A stretch of 63,996 bases of DNA, filler included, from Ionaspis alba (GCA_964255285.1; 4 parts of 4 records of this genome joined end to end with filler, not necessarily neighbours in it); one strand, 5' to 3'. Positions 40,322 to 52,078 are shown, counted from the first letter of the whole stretch. The notes: a model not told the origin generated them from the letters alone. Numbers and translations are program-made.

Positions 40322-40705
40322 GCTCTGCGACGAGGGTACTGGTGCGACGAGTACAATGAGAACAGGTAGGTGTCTGAAAGATATCTCTAGATATTTGATG
40401 CGTCTTCAAATAAGAACTTTGAGAAAGCGAAAGTACATTAAGGTAGTGGCAATTCAAAGGGTTCGTAGAAGGCTTAGAAATTCTTAGGATCTTTCAGAAC
40501 CGAGCAATGATGTCGTTTACATTTCCGTACTAAGAATAATTAAAGTTCCGTCGGCGAAATTCTTACCGATAATTATACATTAACACAAGTAGGCAATAAT
40601 AATGTAATTGAGGTTTGTAAAAACAGAACGTAACTACAGTGGTATGACTCTTCATCTATTCTATCTGTGTCGTCTAAAAGCTACTATATATCTTTCTCCT
40701 TCTTA

Positions 40706-42194
40706 TCATGTACCATATCTTTCAGTGTGAAACCAAGGATGCTGGAGCACCTCCGTTGTCGATAGCCTCTTAGACGGATCATAATCCAGCATCTTCAGCA
40801 GCAAGTCATGAAAGACCTTTGATTCGGTGTCCGACATATCCTTGGGTTTCCCCAGCCGTACTCCTTGCCACAGATCGCCGAATTGGGCATTGTCCTCCTG
40901 ATATGGATCAGGTTCTAGTAGGTTCCCTTTGTCGTCCAAATGCTGGTCCGCTCGTGTCCAAGCACTCCGTAACCAGTCTGGTAACTTCCCAAGTCTATCT
41001 ACAAAATTCTTCACGTTCTCATCATCCGTGGCGTCCTTGTCGGATGTCATCCAGAGAGGAATCAGAGGTTGCAGCGTCACAATCCGGAACAATGTGCATG
41101 CCAAAGCCCAGATGTCGGCTTTCTCGCTGTAAGCTAGACGTAAGACTACTTCTGGTGCTCGAATGTCAAGTGGATATGGTGTTGTACCATCGTTACAGTC
41201 TTCAAATCTGCAAGCGTTACCAAGGTCGGTAAGTTGAACGCAGAAGTCAGACGGTGGAGGGTCGGAGCCCAGATCGACCTTGTCGAGGAGACTGATACCA
41301 GCTACGGTGTACTTCGGATCGTGCTCTGTGAGGGGCTCGCCATCGTTGCGCTCGATTATGTTTATATAGTCGAGTTGGCGCCGATAATTCATTTCAGCCC
41401 ATGCAGCTTCATCCATACTGTCTTGATCACCTTCAACTCCTTCATCATCCCAGACATCCTGCTGGATCTTGTCTTTCTTGAGGGCATGCAAGTCGTAAGC
41501 AAGAGCGAGTAGGATGTTACCAGGTTGAATATCGCGATGCATGATCCGTTGCGCATGCAGGTAATCTAACCCGAGCACGACCTGCTCGCAAGCTCGACGT
41601 GCAAGCTTGACTGACCATTGCTTCGGATCGTACTTGGGAGGCTTGTAGGTTGGATCTCTGCAGGCACGATCGGCGTTGTCGAGGACCTCTTCAAAACTAC
41701 GTCCCAGCGGCTCGAAAACCAGACAGAGGTGCGACCCGTTGGGGCCTTGAAACATGAAAGAATCAATTTTCGTACAAAGGTTCTTCTTACCAGGATGATC
41801 TTTGAGTGATGGATCTGGTGAAAATGCTGCTTCCATGCTTTTGGAATTGGAATATCTGGCCATGCCAACCTTGAGGGCAACATAGCGATCCGTTCTGGAG
41901 GTAAACACTGTTAGATCGGACATCACTTGGTCAGGAATTACACGGCTAAGAACTTACACCTTGTCCGTCGCCAGCCAGACAGTTGACGCCGTTGCCCATC
42001 CAAGTTTGCGGAATACCACATAGCGGTTGTTGAAAGTCTCGTTGAACTGGACGGGGTGAAAGCCGTCGACTTTGTAGGATCCCTCGAATTCCTATAGTCG
42101 TCAGCAGATGATCGATATAAATGACTCTTATTCTCCTCACTGCGTGGTGCTCCACGGGCTTGAATCTTCTTGGAGGGAAAGATGTCGTTGTCAT
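40706..42194 (-). CDS. SRPK-like (CMGC) Ser/Thr protein kinase, 3 exons
   Basis: Y..DGFHPV, RYVVFRKLGWATASTVWLA.D, RYVALKV, F.FQGPNGSHLCLVFEPLG, HRDIQPGNILL, LTDLGNA, IRAPEV, ADIWALAC, YDPSKR, QHPWF. Confidence 0.9.
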
Positions 42195-42665
42195 ATTGAT
42201 TAGTAATGAGTAGTTCCGGGAACAGCGAATACAATTGCAGGTTCAGGATTCATATGAATATACAGGCAGGACTTGCAGCAGATTCAAAGTCCGATCTAGG
42301 AATATTTTGCAATGAGGGTAATCTAAACAATAGGAGATGGTGAGGAACTCGCCTCACGGGGCGCAAGATACATGGGCTATGCACGCGAAATTTCCGTTGG
42401 AAGACGGAGGGTCAAGACTGAATGAAGTCCATATTGTTGGTGAAGACAGCCCCACACAAAGGTCGCTGCTATCCAGCAGCAGTTCATTTGTGTAACAGAT
42501 GCTAACCAGAATATTATTGGAATTCTTTGACGCCGTTGTTACATTAAATCTCGGAGGTCTGCTAGCCAAGTTGGTCTCCACTCGATCGAGGCTTCAGGAT
42601 TGTTCACAGCCTCACGAAGCGGAGATGAAGTTGGAAGTGCCGGCTTGGCTCTCTCGGGGCATTTG

Positions 42666-42982
42666 CGGCTCGCATGTTGGTCAGGGATCATGGGTTGCAG
42701 ACGATCGATTAGGTTCACGGCGTGAGAGCAAAAGTCGCGGCACTTCTGATACAATTGTACCATCAAACAGCAATGTATTACTACTACCTCTACAACGATC
42801 TCTTCAACTGATAATAACGGCATGAGATGAATACAAAATAGTAATGTTTTCAATGAACGTTGAATCGAATCTGAGCGATGGGAGTAAAGGGATACTTCCC
42901 ACAATGTTTGTGTTCGTTGAATGTCAAATTCCGTTTTTATGTGCCGCTCACTCTCGCTCCGGCTCGCATGTTGGTCAGGGAT
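42666..42982. repeat. 23-nt exact direct repeat CGGCTCGCATGTTGGTCAGGGAT (42666-42688 and 42960-42982)
   Basis: Both copies read directly from the sequence. They give IPDQHASR twice in the minus-strand ORF 42539-43075. Confidence 0.9.
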
Positions 42983-43453
42983 TAGAAGATCCATCAGGTT
43001 GTTGATTTCTCCGCCGACGTGACCTCGAACGTCCGGGGGATTCATGCTGGAAGATTTCGTCTCCTCTTCCTTCACGAAGTACTCTCTCGTGGGGCAACGG
43101 ACCTCAAACAGTGATCGATTGTATGCTGCCTATTCTACAGAGTTTCATGACCATTCCGATGTCTCACAAATTCACTGGACCGAAATTTTGCAGGAACGAC
43201 CCTTGGCTCATGCTCTCAATCTTCTTGTTGCATCTTCCAAATCTGCAAGCAATACCGGATAGCTCTAGTTGGAAAAACATGAGATTCTGTAGTTGGCATA
43301 GCCACCGAAATATCCCTCTAACTTCTGAACTATGTTTCCTTTGACCAGAATAACAATGCTCTAGTACTAGCTCTCAAGCCTCAGCCGTGGGCATTGAGCT
43401 CGCTGCTTTGAAGCTTCGTTGTGACCGAAGCAGATTGTTGAGCTCCTGAATGG

Positions 43454-43462
43454 TATATAAAA
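43454..43462 (+). promoter_or_regulatory. Putative TATA box of the secreted-protein gene
   Basis: TATATAAAA about 165 nt upstream of ATG 43620, followed by a CT/CA-rich leader. Confidence 0.55.
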
Positions 43463-43619
43463 GGCTCAATTTCCTCTATTCTGCTGTACAAACCAATCAG
43501 TTCTATTCACAACAATCACACTTTCCCAGCACTCCTTCCTTGAATACCGGCTATTCAAGTACTGTTTTATATCACTTCCTCTTATCACAAACTCAACCCA
43601 ACTCAGCCAATACAGCAAA

Positions 43620-44290
43620 ATGCGTTTCTCAACCTCAGCTATTGCCTCCATCCTCTCTCTTTCCGTCCTATCCGCGGCCTCCCCATGGGCGTCCGAAGAT
43701 TCCGGATCCTTCTCCCTCGAGGCCCGTGATGCCTACGCCCTAGACTACGACCAGAGCTTCGGCGATCTTTATGCCCGTGACCTGAGCGAGGACCTCTATG
43801 CCAGAGATTTCGACGACGAGTATTTCGGCGCAGGTCTATTGGCAAGGGCCAAGCCCCCCAAGGTGGATGTCAAGTTGACCAAAGGAAAGCTGAACAGCAA
43901 GGACCGTCAGACAGCTGAGGCACAGGCCGAAGACGCCCTCGCTAAGTATGGCTACAAAGCCGGAACCATCATGTTTGTTGCCATTCTTCCCAGATAGTTT
44001 AACACAGAGCTGACTTGTCGGAACGTAGATTCGCCTATCATCTTTCCAATGGTGAAAGCGTGGAGCATATCACCATTGAGCCCTCAGGCGGCGGGAAGAA
44101 GATTCACGCCTACCGTGACGGTATCTTTACCCAGGGTGATGAGCGCCGTCCCGCAAGCCGCTCTCCAAGCCCCTCCCGCAAGGGTGGCAAGCGTGATCTT
44201 GAGCTTCTTGAGCTCCACCGCCGCAACTTCATTGCCGCTCGGGATGCTTATGCTGATGCTCAGGACCTTGTGTTCGACGCTGAGTACTAG
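43620..44290 (+). CDS. Small secreted preproprotein (204 aa; intron 43973-44028) with LxxR/KR processing sites
   Basis: Signal peptide MRFSTSAIASILSLSVLSAASP, acidic repeats SLEARD/DLYARD/DLYARD/LLAR, basic core, then GGKR|D and an acidic tail. The GTTTGT...CTGAC...TAG intron joins the two ORFs in frame. Strong C-ending codon bias. Confidence 0.9.
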
Positions 44291-44838
44291 GTCGCCATTA
44301 GTTTAGACGGAGATGGCGCAGGGAGGAGAAAAGTTGATGCTCGTGGCCATAGTGTAAATTGATTAAGATCGGTTGGCGAGTCTGACTTAGCGAATCGGCT
44401 GTACTAGCAAATGCTTAATCTTTACTTGCTCAGTGCGTTGAGCTGTCTTCGAAATAACATGGCGTTCAGTACATTCCAAGACTTTCCGAACTGTTCGCGT
44501 CACGAGACTGTAACAATGATGTTTTTGTTGTTGCCCCTTTTGTCCTCATTCGCAGAAACCCTAGCTGTCATGCTACCTCATGTCTATTTCATTGGATTGG
44601 GACTATATTTCCTGAATCACACCATTCCGTCACGACCATTTCTTTTGCCCAAGTGTACTGACCAAGCCGGCTGAGACTAAGGGTCGCTCCTTCCTCTATG
44701 ATAAGTCCTTACTTCCGTGGAGCTTAACTCGACGAGAACTATAGCTGTTTCGCACCTTGCCTCTCATGCCTTATCTTATCTCCCTATCCTTTGCCACTGC
44801 TCAATGTCTACCACACAATATATCCTACCCATTCCATT

Positions 44839-46332
44839 ATGGCAACTCCCTCGAGTCCAGATGCAGTCACACCCAGCCAGACCCAAGGAGACGAGCAGTC
44901 GTTCTTCAAAGCGTGGTCGATTCGCCAGCCTCATCATTCTGGCTCCTCTGAAAGCTCTCCGGCAACAACTCCTGCGTCACCTGGTACGATACCTACCAAA
45001 CGGAAGACTTCACGACCTGGTTGGGGCCGAGCCCAGTCGGAGATTGCCCTGAGTCCCTTGAAGCAATATGATACTATCAAACCATCTTCGACGTTTCGGC
45101 CGATGATCCTTGCCGCCAATGTCGAAGTGCCCCAAAAGGTAAAGGATAAATTTCGGTCCGAGCAAGCAAGCAGTCGTCGCGATGTCTCCTCAAGCTCGTC
45201 CTCTGCAAGCGGCCAACTTCAGCTCATAGGTGGCCGTCCTCGGCGTCCGGGTAGGCCAGTATCAGAGAGTTCGGAGAAGAAGCCAGAACGAAAGGGCAGG
45301 ACAGGCTACAGATGGAAGCGTGAATTCTCTAGTCACAGAATCGAGATTAGAATACGTCGAACGAGCAGGTCTTCCAGTAAGGCAAAGAAGGCGTCCGAGG
45401 ATAGCACACCTGCACCAGCGAGCACAAACGTAAGAGAACCGAGACTCGAAAACAAGGTCGTCAGCAACGCCGATGTACCCAGCTCGGCCATACAGGACTC
45501 ATCGGTGGGCAAACCGACTGCGCAGCCCAACGCTGAAGGTGTTCCTCCAAAAAGTCTGTACAGCCGCGCGAAACGGCTACTAGGTCTAAAGACTGGTACT
45601 GTCGTTGCGGCGTCACATCAACTAACAAGAAGGCGAACGTGGAGCAAAACAGGACGTTTGCTCGAACGTGTTGCAACCTCACTCCAAGACACAGTGGCAG
45701 AAAGCTCGCAGCCCTCTAAGAGGAAGACAAGCCAGAGCAATGCCTCCATAGCCGCAGCGCCAGCCAGTCCACCACATGGTGGAGGAGGTTTCTTCAAACG
45801 TTCACGACAATCTGTGTCAAGCTCGATTCGTAGTCTCTTCATGGGGAAGCCGCCAAAGAACAGCCCAGATCAGGCCACAATGTACACTAGCTCCGACAGA
45901 CAACAGTACTTTCGCGTGGAGATGACGGGACCAGATGCTCCTACTTTTTTACCATCAGAAGCTCGAAGGGTTGGAACCCCACCATTATCCTCTCGAGAAT
46001 CTGGCAAAGGTCGTCTCCGAGGTTTCTTCTTCGACCTCCGTTCACCTAACCAGGAGAATGCCGAGTCTCCTAGATGGGAGCTTCCCGAGGAGAAGAGGCG
46101 AGTGAGCGCAACTTCCACACTTGGGCCCGAGATCGAGTGGTTTAGGGTCAGAGTGACGGGTCCTGAGCAAGCGGGTGCTATCAATGAGTTTGAGTTCAAT
46201 TTGCCCGAGCATTTGCCGACGAGTCCTTTGTGTCCTAAAAATCCCAAACATTCGTCGGGGGGTAGTGGGATTTGTGTTTATCATGGCAGGAATCATAGTC
46301 TGGGCTCGTTGGGGGAGGAAGAGGAGGAGTGA
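44839..46332 (+). CDS. Conserved fungal hypothetical protein (Ser/Arg-rich; C-terminal Cys/His motif)
   Basis: ORF of about 497 aa with PTFLPSEARRV.TPP and C-terminal FEFNLPEHLPTSPLCPKNPKH.SGG.GICVYHGR. Confidence 0.75.
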   Translation: MATPSSPDAVTPSQTQGDEQSFFKAWSIRQPHHSGSSESSPATTPASPGTIPTKRKTSRPGWGRAQSEIALSPLKQYDTIKPSSTFRPMILAANVEVPQKVKDKFRSEQASSRRDVSSSSSSASGQLQLIGGRPRRPGRPVSESSEKKPERKGRTGYRWKREFSSHRIEIRIRRTSRSSSKAKKASEDSTPAPASTNVREPRLENKVVSNADVPSSAIQDSSVGKPTAQPNAEGVPPKSLYSRAKRLLGLKTGTVVAASHQLTRRRTWSKTGRLLERVATSLQDTVAESSQPSKRKTSQSNASIAAAPASPPHGGGGFFKRSRQSVSSSIRSLFMGKPPKNSPDQATMYTSSDRQQYFRVEMTGPDAPTFLPSEARRVGTPPLSSRESGKGRLRGFFFDLRSPNQENAESPRWELPEEKRRVSATSTLGPEIEWFRVRVTGPEQAGAINEFEFNLPEHLPTSPLCPKNPKHSSGGSGICVYHGRNHSLGSLGEEEEE

Positions 46333-46656
46333 TCATGGAAGATCAATTGTTATGGCGCTCGGTCTTCTTCCGGAAACATGGGCGGTATTTGTAAAAGTGG
46401 TTTCCACAGTTTCGAAATCAATACAGACAGTTTCTAGGAACATGTTCTACTCCAAACAACTGTGGTAGACGAAAGCCGCCATGATTCACTGCCTTCCACA
46501 GATTCAGACATGTCTGATGTAGCTTGACATTCTTCGAAGTGACAGCAAAATAGAGAGGCTTAGAGAGTATCCGGGCACGCCTTCAGATGAGGGAGATACC
46601 AGTAGACCAAGTATATTTCCGCTGATGGAAGATTACCATTAAGTTTGCCACCATGA

Positions 46657-48028
46657 ATGGGCCAGGTTATGGTGTCGAAGTCGCGGCAGGTNNNNNNNNN
46701 NNNNNNNNNNNNNNNNNNNNNNNNNNNNNNNNNNNNNNNNNNNNNNNNNNNNNNNNNNNNNNNNNNNNNNNNNNNNNNNNNNNNNNNNNNNTTTGCACAA
46801 ATGACAACGGATGATGCTTGGGCTATACAAATGTACCTAGCTGAGCTCGAGTTTCCCAAAGTCTTCTCGACTTCCGTGTTTTTTGCACTCTTCAAAGTAT
46901 AGATAGTTTAGTTCTCGCCTCTGGTCGAGAATTTAAATCCCCATCGATACGATTGAACTGTTGAGCTGACTCTCCTCAACGTTTTGGTAGACTTATGGGA
47001 TACCCACGGTGTCTCGTCTCCTAGTAGCAACGGGACAACTTGCAAACCCAACCACTTCGTCCAAACGCTATGCAGACACTGGAGCCCTGCTCTTGGAGAC
47101 TGTTCTCAACCCCCCATCATCCGATCGATCTGTCACTGCCATCGCTCGAATCAACTATCTACATGATCGTCATCGGAAGTCTAGCAAGATCCTTGACCAG
47201 GACATGCTCTACACACTTAGCTTATTTGCTCTCGAGCCATCAAGATGGGTGAATCGATACGAATGGCGATCCCTGACAGAGATGGAGTTATGCGCTATTG
47301 GCACCTTCTGGAAGAACATGGGTGATGCGATGCTGATATCCTACGACAAGCTTTCATCGAGCAAGTCTGGATGGAAGGATGGACTTCACTGGTTGCAGGA
47401 AGTCGACGAGTGGAGTAACAAGTATGAGAAAGAGTACATGGTGTCGGATATCAACAACAAAAAGTTGGGTGAAAGCACGACAAAGATACTTCTGTTTGGA
47501 CTACCATCGCGGTTGCACAGTGTTGGAACCACGGCCTTTACATGTCTCTTGGATCAGAGACTCCGTGCGTCAATGATGTAAGTCCTATAAGCGGTTGGTT
47601 ATATCCAAGCCCTCCGGCTTATAATCGAGCGCTGCAGGTTTCCAGACCCACCGAGAGCTTACAATACAGGGGTGAAAGGAGCTTTGCACCTTCGGAAGCT
47701 ATTTATCCGCTATCTCTGCTTGCCGCGGATTCGACCTGTCCCGTACTTCTCTGATAGTGCAACGGCGGGCCGATTCCATATGCTGCTCTACAGAGGTCAC
47801 CCATGGTATGTTAGGCCAACCTTCTGGGGGCGATGGAGCTTGTGGAGTTGGTCACTTTGGCTTCAAGGAGGAGCACTTCCCGGCGACGAGGGCGACAAGT
47901 ACATCCCACAAGGCTATGACCCAAGAAACATGGGCCCGGATTTCCAGCACGGAAAGGGAAATGATTACATGGATGAGATGAGGGAGAAGCTTCTTCATCA
48001 GCGATCGGGAACTTGTCCCTTTGCATAG
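46657..48028 (+). CDS. ER-bound oxygenase MpaB/rubber-oxygenase family protein; 5' end uncertain (gap 46692-46791)
   Basis: LEFP..F..S.FFALFK|TYGIPTVSRLLVATGQL, KRYADTG.LL.E, AIARINYLH, DMLYTLSLF, RYEWRSL, FWK.MGDAM, HPWYVRPTFW.RW, ending CPFA. Confidence 0.88.
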
Positions 48029-48271
48029 ACCTAATCTGTCAAGCAATTTCGCAAAACCGTCTGAAGGTCTACTGATAACTGTTTCATCATTGCGTAATAA
48101 AACCCCGGACTCCAAGTCGTATTTCTCCGAGCTGCCCTGCAACTCTTCTGAGACAAAGATAAGTGGCATAACACTTCCAAGGAGATGCCTGTCAGCTATC
48201 ATCAAATGATCATGTAGGTGACTTTATCCAGCTAGTACTCAGACCGTCTTGCGAACCGCCTCGATAATAGA

Positions 48272-49564
48272 CTATACGTGGGGTATGAACGCCGTCCACT
48301 GCACGTTGAAAAACTCTGCGCGAGGTAGAGACCGCATTGAAATAAAGACAGTTATCAAAAGAATAAAGCGAGCAATAAAGTACAGCCCCCAGTAACCAGA
48401 AAAGTTAGACTTTTTGGCCAAAGGACTTTGGTGTCCTGTATGTATGGTCGTTGGCGATAACCGGGATCGAAGAGGTATTGATGAAATTAATGTGCACCAT
48501 GGACACCTAGGGAGGCTTCTACCACGACGCAGCAAGTACGCCATAGGATCTGCTCTGCGTGCCTGGGGAATTCAAAATTCCAGCCGCAAAAATGGATAGT
48601 GGAGAATGTAGTTACGGCGAATGCAAGGAGGAAACGCTGCAGGAAAGTATTGAATTGTGGATTTCGATCGTTTGGAATACGGTTCTAGCGGTTGGCGCTG
48701 AGTTGATGTCAACCACGAAAATAGCTTCGATTCGCCACGGAACAAATTCAGAGAGTAGATATGGGGCTTAACGAAGTCAAACGGAGTGTCTCGGAACGGA
48801 TCCTTTGCAGCGTCGCCCGCGCGATGAAGGATATCCGCGACACTGGCGTCTATATCAAGGACGGTGGGTAAATCCACGTCCAAAGGCTTGTGAAGCCAAA
48901 AGAAATATGTCGATGCTGTACACAAAATGATGGCAATTGTCGAGAGTGCCAGTGGCGTGATAGGTAGATTTTGTATAAGTCTTGCCATACACTGCAATAC
49001 AAGCCAGACTAGTTGTAAAGCCGCGACAGTCTTCGTGAACTTGTCCGCTTTGCTTTTATCACAGATTCCCCTCTCAGATATGGCGGGATACTTCAGGTGT
49101 CCCTCCACTATCAGATAGTGTAGTTGCTTAGCCGTAATTGGGAAGGCGAATCTGTCCAGAGGCTTCAGTACAAATCCACCACTGTCGGCATTAAAAACGT
49201 GTGTCATCGTCCATTGGTTGTGGCCCAACGTCTTCATATCTTGTACCGACCTCTGGGCAGAGGCCCACTGCCCACATGCGGACAATAAGAGGATCTTAGG
49301 GGTAATTAGTCCGAGGAGGAGCCAACGAGCTTTGCGACAGAAAATACACCAGTAACCGTTATTTTCTGCTGGTAGATTGAGATGTAGCATCACCCATAGA
49401 CAGATGAACAAGGCGCATCCACAGCTCCATATTATATCGATAGTACCACGCCCATCAGGCTGGGAAACCCAACCGCACTGAAAAGCAGATAGAGGACAGG
49501 TAATACCATCAGGGTTAGAAGATATAGATAATGAGGTATAGACTACTGGTGAATCTTCCATCAA
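48272..49564 (-). pseudogene. Frameshifted multi-pass membrane protein of a common fungal hypothetical family
   Basis: GWVSQPDGRGT.DIIWSC, LHLNLP, GGF, DKSKAD, KPLD in frame A. RIPND...IHFCGWNFEFP...LWR lies in the +1 frame (extra base at about 48681) and ends at TAA. YFIAR...SMRSLP...WT.FIPHV returns to frame A. Confidence 0.8.
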
Positions 49565-50163
49565 CTATGTTAATGAAGTTGCGAGTAGACCGAGAAGGAA
49601 GAAAAATGTGTCTTTGAAGAGGAAGACCGACGTTATCATGTACAAGACTCAACAAATATAAATTAACAGATCTACGACAAGCTTCCCAAAAGCAATACTG
49701 ATGCGGAGTGTGGTTACAAACACACTGTATGATAGCGGGAGGCTGAAGGCGCCTGCTAGAAGAAATCTATTGGCCACAGCCATGCTGAATGGTACTACGG
49801 CTGCAGCTCAGTTCGTTGCAGAGTAAATGCTTGTGCCTCCTCACGTGAGATGATCGGGACCATTGACTCGGCCTACCAAATATACTCGAGTAGTTGATCG
49901 AGAAAGTTCCCCATTTTGAGCGATGTTTTGAGATTATCCCACTTGTACCTCTGTAGCATGCGAGGAAGAAGCTGTAGCCCCGGAGTTTCGCCTAAACCCT
50001 GCCCTGCTCGTAGTGGTGGGAGCCAATCAATGCACGGGACAAAGAAAGAGAACAGAGCCTCGGNNNNNNNNNNNNNNNNNNNNNNNNNNNNNNNNNNNNN
50101 NNNNNNNTTAATTAATTAANNNNNNNNNNNNNNNNNNNNNNNNNNNNNNNNNNNNNNNNNNNN

Positions 50164-50573
50164 ATGCGCTCGTCACCTTCTTGCCCGAGCCATATGATCA
50201 CCTTGGAAGTCATCGTGTATATCTCATACACAAGGGGAACTTGAATGCTTCGTTCATGGACATCGTCTTGGTTGATACAGACTCCATCAATTCAGAATGG
50301 GCGGCCATCAATGTGCTTGAACACATATGGAATCGCAGCAAAAACAGTCCAGGTAACCTTCCGAATGGAATTGTCGCGGAGAAGGTCTTCAGATCTCTTT
50401 GCACCCATCCAAGGATATGAAAGAGCAATAGAGTCTGGGGAGTCCTCCACATTGACATGATCCAGTCGATGTAGGGTCTGAGAAGCTTCGTAATCACTAC
50501 ATGCTCGTAGTAAACGGATCTGGCCATTGGATAAAGGCCAGTGGCGATAGTCCTTGTAGTTGTTTGTCATCAT
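50164..50573 (-). pseudogene. HET (heterokaryon incompatibility) domain gene fragment with an in-frame stop; truncated by the gap
   Basis: QIRLL...IALSYPW...PF*IDGVCINQDD..ERSIQV.L..EIY...KVIIWLG. TGA at 50292-50294 replaces the conserved Trp of WID. Confidence 0.85.
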
Positions 50574-51090
50574 TGTCCCTCTTGTTGCCAGAGTATATCA
50601 TGGGAGTCATACAGATTGCAAGAAATCAAGGATGCCTCTAAAATAAGACATATAAGCCTCATAGGCATTGATAGAACAATACATTCGAGTCTTGCAAGGA
50701 CATTTCAAAACTCTAGATATCAAGCGTAAGTTCTCAGCTCAGGAATCTAGCCCCTTATCATTGAATAGCTTATGGTCACAGCCTCTTCCGTCCTTTTCGT
50801 CTATTGAGACGTACTGTTCAAAGGGGAACTGCTCCAGGCTCGACCTCGATCATGGACAAGCCCCTAAACCATCTGGGACGGGGTGTGGTTGCATTAGCCG
50901 AGTTGGCATGTTTTGTCCCCAAGTTAGAGCACGCGGGTACCACTATGGGACCACCTAAACCACCGGGACAATGTTGTAGTTTGCTTTCAAACATTGCTCC
51001 CAAATCAATCTTCATGAACACAATGAAGAGTGTATCGCGGCACTCTCCTCCTTTTCAGAGGTTCCATAAGTATATACTCCCGTTGCCACC

Positions 51091-52002
51091 ATGACCACCG
51101 AGTTCCAGTTGCTCAAGGGCAAAGTCGCAGCCATCACAGGCGGCCTGACAGGCATTGGCAAAGCAATAGCTCTTGGTTTTCTCCGACATGGCTGCAATGT
51201 TGCCATTAATTACCTTGGTGGCTCTGGAGATGATACCCTTCTCGAGACGATGAAGTCGGAACTACCCAAAAATGGCACAAGCTTCATAGCAGTAGTTGGC
51301 GACATCTCGAAGCCCGAAACCGGCAAATCATTGGTTGCTGCTGCTGTTGAAAAGTGGGGAAAGTTGGATGCTTTCGTTAGTAATGCTGGAATATGCAAAT
51401 TTGCTGAGTTCTTAGAGTGAGATCAAATCCCCTTCCTTCGACATGTGCGGGGGCATTGGCTGATTTGTGCGTTTTTCACCGGTGTAGCATTGAACCAGAC
51501 CTCCTCGGTGCAACAATCGACACCAACCTCTCAGGGGCCTTTTATGCTACTCAAGCAGCTGCCCGTCAGATGGCCTCGCAGACTCCTTCCGGAGGCTCCA
51601 TAATCGGCATGTCCTCCATATCTGCCCTTGTTGGCGGAGGTCTACAAACCCATTACACGCCCACGAAGGCTGGAGTGTCCAGTCTTATGCAAAGCTGCGC
51701 TGTGGCCTTGGGAAAGTACGGGATACGATGTAATGCTCTACTGCCAGGAACGATTAAGACACAATTGAATGAGGAGGATTTGAACAACGAGACGAAGAGG
51801 AAGTATATGGAGAGCAGAATCCCACTGGGCAGGACGGGGAATGTGGAAGATATGGTCGGACCAGCGTTGTTCCTGGCGAGTGACATGAGCGCTTATGTGG
51901 TTTGTGGAGCCCATGCCGGAGATTTGATCTCAGTTGCTGATGATGGAGCAGACAGGAGCACAACTTCTCGTTGATGGAGGTCTTTTCGTCAACCTACAAT
52001 AA
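51091..52002 (+). CDS. LRA1: L-rhamnose 1-dehydrogenase (SDR), 2 introns
   Basis: ITGGLTGIGKAIA, SNAGIC.F.EFL, SSISALVGG..QTHYTPTKA, CNALLPGTI.TQLN, GAQLLVDGGLFVNLQ*; adjacent to the lactonase gene. Confidence 0.9.
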
Positions 52003-52078
52003 TTGCCGCTTTGCTGATGCAACTCTCTTTATTCGAATATGCCAAACCACAACTGAAGTCTGCAAATCGTCGAGGGTA

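Noticed and set aside
40400..40700. AT-rich stretch as a RIP-degraded transposon
   Set aside because: Short, with no terminal repeats or transposase remnants; consistent with a promoter/terminator intergenic region.
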